Under the pieces are notes generated by a model. It worked only from the letters and a program-made list of their open reading frames with translations, searched no databases and was not told where the DNA came from. Positions 45,489-55,316 of a stretch of DNA of 64,000 nucleotides are shown piece after piece. Within the stretch, counting starts at the first letter, position 1; each line of letters starts with the position of its first letter. Source of the stretch: Candidatus Eiseniibacteriota bacterium (lineage in GTDB: Bacteria > Eisenbacteria > RBG-16-71-46); contig CAVUWA010000009.1 of NCBI GenBank assembly GCA_963744995.1, positions 64,001 to 128,000 on the forward strand, in the 5' to 3' direction. A program made the translations under genes and the position numbers.

Positions 45489-48400
45489 TTGAAGAACGCC
45501 CTTCGCCACATCGTCCCCCTGTTGCTGCTGGCTCTCGCCGCGACCGGCCCGGTTAACGCGCGCGCGGACGAACGCGTGCCCGGCGAGCTGATCATCGGCT
45601 GGCATGCAGGCGCGCGCGCGGCGGAGCGGGCCGCGCTGATCGAACGCGGCCGCGCTCACGTGCTGCATCGCTTCCACACGATCGATGCCGCCTGGCTCCG
45701 CGTCGACGGCGACCCCGACTCGGCCATGGCGGTGCTCGCCGCCGATCCGCGCGTGGCGTACGTCGAGCCCAACCGCATCTGGCACGCCGACGTCGTCCCG
45801 GACGACCCGCTCTTTGGCGAGCAGTGGGCGCTGCTCAACACCGGCCAGGCCGGCGGCACGACCGGCGCCGACATCGAGGCGGTGCCGGCGTGGGATCTGT
45901 TCACCGGCGTCCAGGATCTGCGCGTGGGCATCATCGATTCGGGCATCGACCTCACGCATCCCGATCTCGTGGACAATCTGTGGACCAACCCGGGCGAGAT
46001 CCCGGGCAACGGCGTGGACGACGACGGCAACGGTTACGTGGACGACGTCCACGGCTACGATTTCGCCAACCACGATCCCGATCCGAACGACGATTTCGGG
46101 CACGGCACGCACGTGGCCGGGATCCTCGCGGCCCGCACCGGCAACGGGATCGGCATCGCCGGTGTCGCGTGGCGGGCGCAACTGGTGGCGATCAAGTTCC
46201 TCGACAGCTCGGGCAGGGGCACCACCTCTGCGGCGATCGAGGCGATCGAGTACGCGTCGACGCTCGGGCTGCGCTTGACCAGCAACTCCTGGGGCGGGTC
46301 GGTGCCATCGGGTGCGCTCGAGGCCGCGATCGCGGCCGCCGGAGCGGCCGGACAGGTGTTCGTCGCCGCCGCCGGCAACCGCGCTGCCGACAACGATGCG
46401 GCCCCCGAGTATCCGTCGAGCTACGACCTGCCGAACATCGTTGCCGTCGCGGCCACGGGCGCCGACGACCGGCTGGCGCCGTTCTCCAACTACGGCCTGC
46501 AGTCGGTGGACATCGCGGCGCCTGGGGTGGCGATCCTGTCGTGCCTGCCGGGCGGCGCCTACGGCCGGTTGAGCGGTACCTCGATGGCGACGCCGATGGT
46601 CGCAGGCGCGCTCGCCCTGCTCATCGGCCGCTCCCCGCAGCTCTCGCCCGTGCAGGCGATCGACGTGCTGCTGGCCGGCGCGGAGCGCATCCCCACGCTC
46701 GACGGCCTGGTGCACGACGCCGCGCGCCTGAACGTGCTGCATGCGGTTTCCGATCCCGACACCGTCGCGCCCGGCGCGATCACCGGCCTCGCGATCGCCG
46801 AGAGCGGCTCCAACTCGATGACGCTCGAATGGATCGCGACCGGCGACGACGGCGACGTGGGGCGCGCCAGCGACTACGACATCCGTTATGCGACGTATCC
46901 GCTCGACGCGTCGAACCTGGAGGGTGCGGCCCATCTGTTCGGCCTGGTGCCCGGTGCACCGGGCGACACGGAACGGTTCGAGATCACGGGGCTCGACGTC
47001 CGTACCGCCTACTGGTTCGTGGTGCGCGCCCGCGACGAATTCGGCAACCTGAGCCCGCTGACCGCGTCGGTCGAGGGCGTGACGCTCGGTCCGCCGCAGA
47101 TCGTCACGACTCCGTCCGCGGTGGAGGTGGCGCTCGCGGTCGGCGCGCGCGACACGGCGACCGTCGAGATCGCCAACGCCGCCGAGGGCACGCTCGACTT
47201 CACGGTGCCGTCGGTTGCGCTCGCCTATCCGCCACCGCCCGCGGCCGCCCTCCGCGTCGCGACCGACGCATCCCTGAAGGGGGAGCAGGGAACCCCGGGC
47301 CCGGTCGTGGCGGCGTCCGCCGGCGGTCCGGACGCGGCAGGCCACCGCTGGGTCGACAGCCGTGATCCGGCCGGCCCCGCATTCGCGTGGGTCGACGTCA
47401 CCGGCGATGGGACGCGCGTGCCGCTCACCGGCGATGACGTGCTCTCGGCACCGATCGACATCGGCTTCGAGTTTCCGTTCTATGGCGCCACGGTCCGCGC
47501 GGTCCGGGTATCCACCAACGGCCTCCTGACCTTCTCGGACGTCGAGGGCGCGCCGGTCAACCAGTTCCTGCCGTCGACGGGCGGGCCACCGCTCACGATC
47601 GCGCCGTTCTGGGACGATCTCCTGTTCGCCAGCGTGCAGCGCGCCTGGTATCGCGCGGATCCGGACCGCTTCATCGTCACCTGGCTCGCGGTGCCGCACT
47701 ACGGGTCGGGCGGACCCTACACGTTCCAGGCGATTCTCTACGCGAACGGCGAGATCCGCTTCCAGTACCTCACGATGGGCGCGGCGACCCTGAGCGCGAC
47801 GGCGGGCATTCAGAATGCCGATCGCACGGTCGGTCTCACGGTCGCGCACAATACCGAGTTCTTCGTCGACAGCCTGGCCGTGAGGATCCTGTCCCTGCCG
47901 CAATGGGTGAGCGCGAGCCCTGCGACGGGCCGGGTGCATGCGGGCGAGCACACGGAACTCCGGCTCGCCGTGGATGCGCGCGGCCTGAAGGGCGGTACCT
48001 ATGACGGCACGCTGACGATCCGCAGCAACGACCCCGCCGACAGCGCGCACGCGATTCCGATCCGGCTGGTGGCGAGCGGCGCTCCGGACCTCGTGCTCGA
48101 TCCGCCCGGGGTCGCGTTCGGCGATGTGTTCGTCGGCGCGCAGGCATCGGCCACGGTCCGCGTGCGCAATCCCGGCACCGAGTGGCTGCAGGTCGCGGGC
48201 ATCGAGATTCCCGATCCGGGTATCACGGTCGAGCCGCAGGTGTTCGCGGTGCCGCCGGACGGCAGCGCGGCGCTCGAGTGGACGTTCCGGCCCGCCGTCG
48301 CGGGGACGCTCGCAGCCGATGCCGTGCTGCACTCGAACGCCGGAGCGGGGAGTGCTCTGCTGGCGCTCTCCGGGCGCGCGGTGTCGCCGCCGGTGCTGGC

Positions 48401-51400
48401 GCTCGAGCCGGCGTCGCTGGCGGCGGAGCTCGAAGCGGGAGCCGAAACCGCGCGATCCCTGCGGCTCGAGAACCGCGGCGCCGCGCCGCTGGTCTTCGCC
48501 ACCCGCGCCGCGGCCGCCGCCGCGGGCCCGGCCTCGGGACCGTGGCCCGCCGCCGCGTCGATGCCGCGGGCGAAGCGCGCTGCGGATGCGGTCGCAGGGA
48601 TCGGCGGCGCCGCCGCGGGCGGCCCCGACGCGTTCGGCTACACGTTCCGCACCGGCGATGTGCCGGGCGGGCCGGTGTTCGAGTGGATCGATGCGACGGC
48701 CGGAGGCGAGTCGCTCGCCCTGACCGGTGACGATGCGGTCTCCGCGCCGCTGCCGATCGGGTTCGACTTTCCGTTCTACGGCGCCGCCCACGGCACGCTG
48801 CGCGTCTGCACCAACGGCTGGCTGTCGTTCACGAGCGCGCTCACGGCCTTCTCCAATACGGCGCTGCCGAGCGCGGCGGCCGGCGTGCCGGAAAACCTCG
48901 TCGCGCCCTACTGGGACGATTTCCACTTCGCCGGCGGCACCCATGCGTGGATCCGCCGCGATCCGGGGCGCACGGTGGTGGAATGGCACGAGGCAGGTCG
49001 GCTCGACGACGCGCTGCGGCCGAACACGTTCGAGGCGGTGCTCTTCGCCGACGGCCGGATCCGCTTCCAGTACCTGCGCATGAAGGGCGAGAACCTGTCG
49101 AGCGGCACCGCCGGCATCCAGAATGCCGCCCGCGATGACGGCCTCACGGCGGCGTATGACGTCGCATTCGTCCAGGACAGTCTCGTGATCGAGTTCGCGC
49201 CGCCCGTTCCCTGGCTCGACGTCGTTCCGGGCACGGGAACGATCGCGCCCGGGGCGGCGCTCGACCTGGGCGTGACGTTCCGCACGCAGAACCTGCTGGC
49301 CGGCAGCTTCGCCGGCGCGATCGTGATCTCGAGCAACGACCCGCTGCGTCCGATGGCGGCGGCGCCGTGCACGCTGCGCGTCGCCGGCATGGCGCGGCTC
49401 GTCGCCGACGTGGAGCCGATCGTGGTGGAGCAGGCCTACGCGGGATTCGTGCGTGCGCTGGACGTCGGGTTGCGCAACGCGGGCACGGCCGCGTTCGACG
49501 CGATCCAGGTCGCGAGCGGCGATCCTGCGCTCAGCGCGTCGCTCGAACCGGCGCGGATCGCGCCGGGCGGCACGGGGACGCTGCATCTCGGTCTCGCCGC
49601 GGGGCAGGAAGGTCCGTTCGCGACGACCGTGACGCTGACGCCCGCCACCGGTGCGCCGGCCACGTTCACGGTGGAGGCGCAGGTGACGCCCGCACCGCGC
49701 GCCACGACCTCGACGGGGCGGATCGAGGCGACGCTCGCGAACGGTATCGGCGAGGCCGCCGCCTCGGGCGAGCGGCCGGTGGTGATCGCCAACGCAGGGG
49801 GCAGTCCGCTCCTCTGGCATGCGGACGTGCTGCTCGGGGGGCTGCCGGTGAGCGGGCGGGCGCTGGCCGCGCCGGCGCCCGGGCGACCCAAGGGGATCCG
49901 CGCCGCGGCGGGCGCCGTGGGTGCTGCGGGCCCCGATGCGGCGGGTTACGAGTGGGTGGACAGCCGCGCGCCCGGGGCGCCGCCCTTCGCGTGGATCGAC
50001 GTCGCTGCGACCGGGGCGCCGGTGGCGCTCGATCAGGACGATCAGCTCTCGGCGCCGGTCGCGCTGCCGTTCCCATTTCCGTTCTACGATGGGGCATTCG
50101 ACTCGGTGCGGATCGCCAGCAACGGCTATCTCACGTTCGGGGACGATCCGGTGAGCTACACGAACGTCGCGCTGCCCCACCCGGACGCACCGCACGATCT
50201 GATCGCGCCGTTCTGGACCGATCTCGACTTCCGTCCGCAGGCGGGGGCTGCGCGGGTGCGTACGGCCCTCGTGGGGGATCGCTACGTGATCGCGTTCCTC
50301 GACGTGCCGCGATTCGGCGGCGGCGCACCGTCGTCTTTCGAGGTGCTGCTCGGGGCCGACGGAGCGATCGACTTCCAGTATCTCGCCGCCGGCGCGGGCG
50401 CGGACGAGGCGACGATCGGCATTCAGAACGAACGCGGCGACGTCGGTCTCACCGCGGCATGGGCGGCGCCGCTGGTCGAGGACGGCATGCGGATCTCCTT
50501 CCGGCGTCGCCAGCCCTGGCTCGCGCTCGACCGCGCGGACGGCGTCGTGGCGCCCGGGGCGCGCGACACCCTGTGGGCGCGCTTCGCCGCTCCGCAATAC
50601 GGCGACGGCGCCTACAGCGGTGCGGTATGGCTCCACACCTCCGATCCCGCACGCCCCGACCGGATCATCGTGGCGGCGATGCACGTGGGCACGGTCGCGG
50701 CCCGCGTTTCGCTCGATCCGCGCCGCGGCGGCCCGGGAACGCCGCGCTGGATCGAGGCGCGGGTGACGCCGCACGCGGTGCTCGACCCGGACGCGCTCGC
50801 CGGCGCGCGTCCGACGCTGGCCGGCGTCGGCGCCACGGGGCCGGCCACGCCGCTCGAGGACGGCACCGTGCTGTTCCGCTTCCCGCGCCTCCCCGTGTTG
50901 CGCGCGCTGCCGGCGGGCCCGGCAGCGGTGCTCGCGCTCGCGGCCGAGGTCGAAGGCCTCGCGTGGGTGTTCGGTGCGGACACGCTGCGCACCGCGGGAC
51001 CCGTGGACGTGTCCGCGCCGCCATTTCCGCTCACGGGCGGGGAGGAGGCCGCGCTCACGTGGCGTGCGGCGCCGGGCACGAGCGTGGATGCCTATCTCAC
51101 CCTCGATTTCGGCGCCACCTGGAACGCGCTCGCGCGCGGCGTGACGGACGGCGCGGCACGCTTCCGGGTGCCGCGCGTGGACGCCGCCGCAGCGTGGCTC
51201 GAGCTCGAGGCCCGCGACGCCGCAGGCTACGCCGGCTCTTCGTTCATCGGCCCGTTCGCGATCGGCGCCGGCGCTCCGCTGCCCGCGCGGTTCGCGCTGC
51301 GCGTGGACGGCGCGCAGCCGGCGCGGGCGCCGGTCACGTTCCAGCTCGCGCTGCCCGAGGACGCCGGGGTGCGTGTGGACGTCTTCGACCTGCGCGGCGC

Positions 51401-51563
51401 GCGCGTCGCGACGCTCGCCCGCGGCTTCATGCCGGCGGGACGCACGGCGCTCGTCTGGGACGGTCGCGACCGCGCGGGCGGGGCCGCGGCGCCGGGGCTC
51501 TATTTCGCGCGCGCGCTCGCCGGTTCCCGGGAGGTGCGGGCCCGCATCGTACTGATCCGCTGA
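45489..51563 (+). CDS. Large secreted S8 (subtilisin-like) serine peptidase with FN3, three repeated NIDO-like domains, Ig-like domains and C-terminal FlgD-Ig domain
   Basis: Signal peptide; catalytic triad IIDSG, HGTHVAG, GTSMATP; oxyanion AAGN. Three GPD..G..W...PFYG...TNG...APFW.D...FQY...GIQN repeats. C-terminal WDGRD...PGLYFAR. Confidence 0.92.
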   Translation: MKNALRHIVPLLLLALAATGPVNARADERVPGELIIGWHAGARAAERAALIERGRAHVLHRFHTIDAAWLRVDGDPDSAMAVLAADPRVAYVEPNRIWHADVVPDDPLFGEQWALLNTGQAGGTTGADIEAVPAWDLFTGVQDLRVGIIDSGIDLTHPDLVDNLWTNPGEIPGNGVDDDGNGYVDDVHGYDFANHDPDPNDDFGHGTHVAGILAARTGNGIGIAGVAWRAQLVAIKFLDSSGRGTTSAAIEAIEYASTLGLRLTSNSWGGSVPSGALEAAIAAAGAAGQVFVAAAGNRAADNDAAPEYPSSYDLPNIVAVAATGADDRLAPFSNYGLQSVDIAAPGVAILSCLPGGAYGRLSGTSMATPMVAGALALLIGRSPQLSPVQAIDVLLAGAERIPTLDGLVHDAARLNVLHAVSDPDTVAPGAITGLAIAESGSNSMTLEWIATGDDGDVGRASDYDIRYATYPLDASNLEGAAHLFGLVPGAPGDTERFEITGLDVRTAYWFVVRARDEFGNLSPLTASVEGVTLGPPQIVTTPSAVEVALAVGARDTATVEIANAAEGTLDFTVPSVALAYPPPPAAALRVATDASLKGEQGTPGPVVAASAGGPDAAGHRWVDSRDPAGPAFAWVDVTGDGTRVPLTGDDVLSAPIDIGFEFPFYGATVRAVRVSTNGLLTFSDVEGAPVNQFLPSTGGPPLTIAPFWDDLLFASVQRAWYRADPDRFIVTWLAVPHYGSGGPYTFQAILYANGEIRFQYLTMGAATLSATAGIQNADRTVGLTVAHNTEFFVDSLAVRILSLPQWVSASPATGRVHAGEHTELRLAVDARGLKGGTYDGTLTIRSNDPADSAHAIPIRLVASGAPDLVLDPPGVAFGDVFVGAQASATVRVRNPGTEWLQVAGIEIPDPGITVEPQVFAVPPDGSAALEWTFRPAVAGTLAADAVLHSNAGAGSALLALSGRAVSPPVLALEPASLAAELEAGAETARSLRLENRGAAPLVFATRAAAAAAGPASGPWPAAASMPRAKRAADAVAGIGGAAAGGPDAFGYTFRTGDVPGGPVFEWIDATAGGESLALTGDDAVSAPLPIGFDFPFYGAAHGTLRVCTNGWLSFTSALTAFSNTALPSAAAGVPENLVAPYWDDFHFAGGTHAWIRRDPGRTVVEWHEAGRLDDALRPNTFEAVLFADGRIRFQYLRMKGENLSSGTAGIQNAARDDGLTAAYDVAFVQDSLVIEFAPPVPWLDVVPGTGTIAPGAALDLGVTFRTQNLLAGSFAGAIVISSNDPLRPMAAAPCTLRVAGMARLVADVEPIVVEQAYAGFVRALDVGLRNAGTAAFDAIQVASGDPALSASLEPARIAPGGTGTLHLGLAAGQEGPFATTVTLTPATGAPATFTVEAQVTPAPRATTSTGRIEATLANGIGEAAASGERPVVIANAGGSPLLWHADVLLGGLPVSGRALAAPAPGRPKGIRAAAGAVGAAGPDAAGYEWVDSRAPGAPPFAWIDVAATGAPVALDQDDQLSAPVALPFPFPFYDGAFDSVRIASNGYLTFGDDPVSYTNVALPHPDAPHDLIAPFWTDLDFRPQAGAARVRTALVGDRYVIAFLDVPRFGGGAPSSFEVLLGADGAIDFQYLAAGAGADEATIGIQNERGDVGLTAAWAAPLVEDGMRISFRRRQPWLALDRADGVVAPGARDTLWARFAAPQYGDGAYSGAVWLHTSDPARPDRIIVAAMHVGTVAARVSLDPRRGGPGTPRWIEARVTPHAVLDPDALAGARPTLAGVGATGPATPLEDGTVLFRFPRLPVLRALPAGPAAVLALAAEVEGLAWVFGADTLRTAGPVDVSAPPFPLTGGEEAALTWRAAPGTSVDAYLTLDFGATWNALARGVTDGAARFRVPRVDAAAAWLELEARDAAGYAGSSFIGPFAIGAGAPLPARFALRVDGAQPARAPVTFQLALPEDAGVRVDVFDLRGARVATLARGFMPAGRTALVWDGRDRAGGAAAPGLYFARALAGSREVRARIVLIR

Positions 51564-51688
51564 GCGGGCCGCACCGGCCTGCCGGAAGCCCGCTTGACGG
51601 GCTCCTGGCGCTCCGAAACACTGGCTGCGGCGATTCGGCGTGCACGCGGCCGCGCGCGTCGGCGCGGACCGGCGGGGCGCGCCGACCG

Positions 51689-51714
51689 TGCAACGAAACG
51701 GCGCGCCCTGCGTA
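51689..51714 (+). promoter_or_regulatory. ECF sigma (SigM/SigW-type) promoter-like motif
   Basis: TGCAAC-N16-CGTA, about 45 nt upstream of ATG 51761. Confidence 0.4.
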
Positions 51715-51760
51715 GATGGCTACAGCGACCGACGCCCTCACGACCCCACCCTCGAGGCCG

Positions 51761-54055
51761 ATGAACACTTCCCTGATCCTCGCGACGCTCAACATGGCGC
51801 TGGGCGGGCTGGTCTTCCTCCTGGGGTTCGTGATCCTGCGCGAGAATCCGGCGCAGCGCCTGAACCGCGTCGTGGCCCTGATGCTGTTCTTCGGCGGCCT
51901 CGGCGCGATCCTCGCAGCGACGGCGTTCCTGTCGTCGGTGTCCTCGCGCGCCGACGTCGCGCAGGCGGGCGGCGACGTGCTGCAGAACGTCGCCTACGTG
52001 TGGGAGTTCTACTTCCCGACGATCTTCCTGTTCGCGAACATCTTCCCCTACGAGCGCGCCTGGGTGCGCCGTCCGCCGTGGCGCCCGTGGGGGATCTGGA
52101 CGCCCGGGTTCATCGCGCTGATCTTCGCGCCGCACGTGTTCCACTTCCTGCTCATGCTCGTGCTCACCGTGTGGAAGCCGGTGATCGCGATCCCGCATAC
52201 CGGCATGCTGCAGTACCTGGCGCCGCTCGCGGCGGTGATCGAACTGGTGATCCAGCTGTTCCTGCTCGTCCATCAGGGGCTGTTCTCGCTCGTCAACCTG
52301 GGCTTCGGGGTGGCGGCGATGATGATCCTGTTCGCGAGCCTCCGGCGCGCGCGGGTCAAGCGTCTCAAGCTGCAGCTCCGGGTGATCGCGGTCGGGCTGA
52401 GCGCCTCGCTGATCCTCTACGTGATGGCAACCTCGATCCCGACGCTGTTCAACTTCGAGATCCCGGAGTCGCTGCGCTCGATCCTCACGATCGCCGCGCT
52501 CACGCTCGGCCCGGGCTCGATCGCGTACTCGATCGTGCGTTACAAATTTCTCGACGCGAAGCTGCTCGCGCGACGCGGCATCCTCTACGCGCTGGCGTCC
52601 GCACTGGTCGTGGGCCTCTACCTGCTGGTGGTCGGCCAGCTGAACCAGGAGCTGGCGCGCCGGACCGGCCTCGACGCGCGCATCTTCGAGCCGGTGTTCC
52701 TGATCGTCGCGCTCGCGCTGTTCCACCCGGTGGTGGTGAAGCTCGAGGAGTCGCTCGACCAGATGTTCATGAAGGACCCGGGCGACTACCGCAACGTGCT
52801 GCGCCAGCTCGGCCGCGAGCTGCAGACCACGATCGATCTCGAGACGCTGCTCTCGCGCACGATCGGCACGCTCGCCGAGGCGCTGCTCGCGCGCCGCTCG
52901 GCAATCGTCGTGTTCGGCGGCGGTGCGCCGATCGTGCGCTGGGCGGGCGACCCGCCGCCCGCCGACGTCGAGCGCCGCGTCGCCGCCGCGGTCGCGGACG
53001 TGCGCGACGAGGCGCCGGCTTCGCGGCTCACCGACCGCATCGCGGGCCTCGATCCGGAGCCGCAGGCGTTCCTTGCGGGCGAGCTGGGCTTCGCGCTGCT
53101 CGTGCCGCTCGTGTGGCGCGACGAACGGGTCGGGATGATCCTGCTCGGCGAGAAGGTGCTGGGCACCGAGTACACCTCGGAGGACGAGCACCTGGTGACC
53201 TCGCTCGCGGCGCAGGTCTCGGTCTCGCTGCAGAACGCGCTGCTGATGCGCGATCGCCTGCAGATCGCCCGCATCGAGGAGGAAATGAACCTGGCGCGCG
53301 ACATCCAGCGCAACTCGCTGCGCAGCGAGTTCCCGGTGATGCCGCGCTGCGAGGTGTACGCGCTGTACATCCCGTCGCGCCACGTGGGTGGTGACTTCTA
53401 CGACGTGGTCGAAGCGTCGGACGGCAGCCATCTGGTCGCGATCGGCGACGTGTCGGGCAAGGGCATGCCGGCGGCGCTGCTGTCGGCGATGCTGCAGGCG
53501 TCGCTGCGCACGCAGGCGCGCAGCGTGCCGGCGCTGCGGGACATCCTGCGCAACATCAATTCGCTGCTGTTCCACAGCACCGGCAGCCATCAGTTCGCAA
53601 CCTTCTTCCTGGCCCGCGTGGACGGCGAGCGCCTGCGCGTGTCGTTCTCGAACGCAGGGCACAACTGGCCGTTCATCGTGCGGAAGAACGGCGAGCGGGT
53701 GCTGCTCGAGAAAGGCGGCACGATTCTCGGCATCCTGGACGGAATCGATTTCGAGGAGGCGCAGGTGCCGCTGGCCCCCGGAGACGTGATGGTGCTGTAC
53801 ACCGACGGCATCAGCGAGGCTGCGAATCCGGCCGGCGAGCTGTACGGCGAGGAGCGCCTCTACGCCGGGCTCGACGGGCTGCCGGAGGGCCTCACGGCGC
53901 GCGAGATCGCGGAGCGCCTGCTCGCCGACGTGCGTGCGTTCCTGGACGGCGTCGACGCCCAGGACGACATCACGATCGTCGTGCTGCGCGTGACTGAGCC
54001 CGCCGGCGTTGCGGCGCCGCCGGCCGCGGAGCCGGTCGCGGCCGAGAGCGTGTGA
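51761..54055 (+). CDS. Membrane-bound PP2C/SpoIIE (RsbU-like) phosphatase with N-terminal multi-TM sensor and GAF domain
   Basis: About 8 TM helices and a GAF-like region, then ARDIQ, VGGDFYD, IGDVSGKGMPAAL, NAGH, LYTDGISEA and DDITIV. Confidence 0.92.
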   Translation: MNTSLILATLNMALGGLVFLLGFVILRENPAQRLNRVVALMLFFGGLGAILAATAFLSSVSSRADVAQAGGDVLQNVAYVWEFYFPTIFLFANIFPYERAWVRRPPWRPWGIWTPGFIALIFAPHVFHFLLMLVLTVWKPVIAIPHTGMLQYLAPLAAVIELVIQLFLLVHQGLFSLVNLGFGVAAMMILFASLRRARVKRLKLQLRVIAVGLSASLILYVMATSIPTLFNFEIPESLRSILTIAALTLGPGSIAYSIVRYKFLDAKLLARRGILYALASALVVGLYLLVVGQLNQELARRTGLDARIFEPVFLIVALALFHPVVVKLEESLDQMFMKDPGDYRNVLRQLGRELQTTIDLETLLSRTIGTLAEALLARRSAIVVFGGGAPIVRWAGDPPPADVERRVAAAVADVRDEAPASRLTDRIAGLDPEPQAFLAGELGFALLVPLVWRDERVGMILLGEKVLGTEYTSEDEHLVTSLAAQVSVSLQNALLMRDRLQIARIEEEMNLARDIQRNSLRSEFPVMPRCEVYALYIPSRHVGGDFYDVVEASDGSHLVAIGDVSGKGMPAALLSAMLQASLRTQARSVPALRDILRNINSLLFHSTGSHQFATFFLARVDGERLRVSFSNAGHNWPFIVRKNGERVLLEKGGTILGILDGIDFEEAQVPLAPGDVMVLYTDGISEAANPAGELYGEERLYAGLDGLPEGLTAREIAERLLADVRAFLDGVDAQDDITIVVLRVTEPAGVAAPPAAEPVAAESV

Positions 54056-55213
54056 TCAGCGCGGCGCCTTCACGATCCGGTAGACGTCGCCTTCGAGCGT
54101 GAGCACGTAGGCCTCGCGGTCGCCGCCCTCGCCGAACGAGCTGATCGAGCCGACCCGGGCCGGCACCCACGTGCGGCGCTCGATCGCGCGCCCGTCCGCC
54201 CAGCGGAAGCCGCGGATCCAGCCGCCGCAGTAGTCGGCGTACAGGTAGACCCCGTCGAGCGCCGGCACGCCACGGCCGCGGTAGACCAGGCCGCCGGTGA
54301 TCGAACAGCCCTCGCCGTGGCCGTAATCGAGCACGGGGCGCGTGAGCCCGGCCGTGTCGCAGTCGGCGGTACGGAAGCAGTGGTCGCCCTCCATGACGTT
54401 CCAGCCGTAGTCGAGCCCGGCGGCATCGAGCGGCGCCACGTCCACCTCTTCCCAGCGGTTCTGGCCGACGTCGGCGACGTAGAGCCGCCGCGTCTCGGGG
54501 TCGATCCACAGGCGCCAGGGGTTGCGCACGCCGATCGCCCAGATCTCCGCGCGGCCGCCGCCCGCGCTGAACGGATTGCCGGGAGGGATCGCGTAGGGCA
54601 CCTTGCCGTCGCCCGCGCCGCGCACGTCGAGGCGCAGGATCTTGCCGAGCAGCGTGCGCGGGTTCTGCCCGTTGCCGTGCGGATCGTTGGCGCTGCCGCC
54701 GTCGCCCATCCCCGCGTAGAGCAGCCCGTCGGGGCCGAAGATCAGGTGTCCGCCGTTGTGATTCGCGTAGGGCTGCTCGACCGTCAGCACCGTGCGCGCG
54801 CTCGCCGGGTCGGCGATGTCGGGATCGCCCGACACCGTGAAGCGCACGATCTCCGTTTCGCCGCGCGAGCCGGTGTAGTTGGCGAAGAAGCGGCCGTTCC
54901 TGGCGTAGTGCGGATCGAAGGCCAGGCTCAGCAGGCCGCGCTCGCCGCCCGAGCGCACGCGATCGGTGAGATCCAGGAACGGTTTCGCCAGCAGGCGGCC
55001 GCCGGCGACGATCCGGATGCGGCCGGGCTGCTCGACGACGAACAGGCGCGGGTCGCCGGCGGGCGCGGTGAGATGAACCGGCCGGTCGAGGCCGGACGCC
55101 ACCCTCTGCAGCGCGATGCCGTCGCCGGCGACCGCGTCGGCGGAACGCGCCTGGCATCCGGCGGTGGTGACGAGTGCGAAGACCATGCATGCGAACACGT
55201 GCGCGCGCATCAC
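54056..55213 (-). CDS. PQQ-dependent sugar dehydrogenase (glucose/sorbosone dehydrogenase family), probable lipoprotein
   Basis: AGC lipobox-like; LFVVEQPGRI, GERGLL, NHNGG, FGPDG.LY, GDGG, GKILR, GVRNPWR, DVGQ, YGW and SITGG. Confidence 0.9.
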   Translation of the reverse strand: MMRAHVFACMVFALVTTAGCQARSADAVAGDGIALQRVASGLDRPVHLTAPAGDPRLFVVEQPGRIRIVAGGRLLAKPFLDLTDRVRSGGERGLLSLAFDPHYARNGRFFANYTGSRGETEIVRFTVSGDPDIADPASARTVLTVEQPYANHNGGHLIFGPDGLLYAGMGDGGSANDPHGNGQNPRTLLGKILRLDVRGAGDGKVPYAIPPGNPFSAGGGRAEIWAIGVRNPWRLWIDPETRRLYVADVGQNRWEEVDVAPLDAAGLDYGWNVMEGDHCFRTADCDTAGLTRPVLDYGHGEGCSITGGLVYRGRGVPALDGVYLYADYCGGWIRGFRWADGRAIERRTWVPARVGSISSFGEGGDREAYVLTLEGDVYRIVKAPR

Positions 55214-55316
55214 ATCCTCCCTGCGGACTCAGGCCGGGACCGACAGTGGAGGATGCGCGGGGCCGCAGGAGGGGTCAACCGGGCCGCCCGGCGCTGCGGC
55301 GGCCGCGCAGCGGGCG

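Noticed and set aside
45378..50774. 1798-aa - strand ORF
   Set aside because: Antisense to the S8 protease, with no motifs. It reflects stop-codon scarcity opposite a GC-biased gene.
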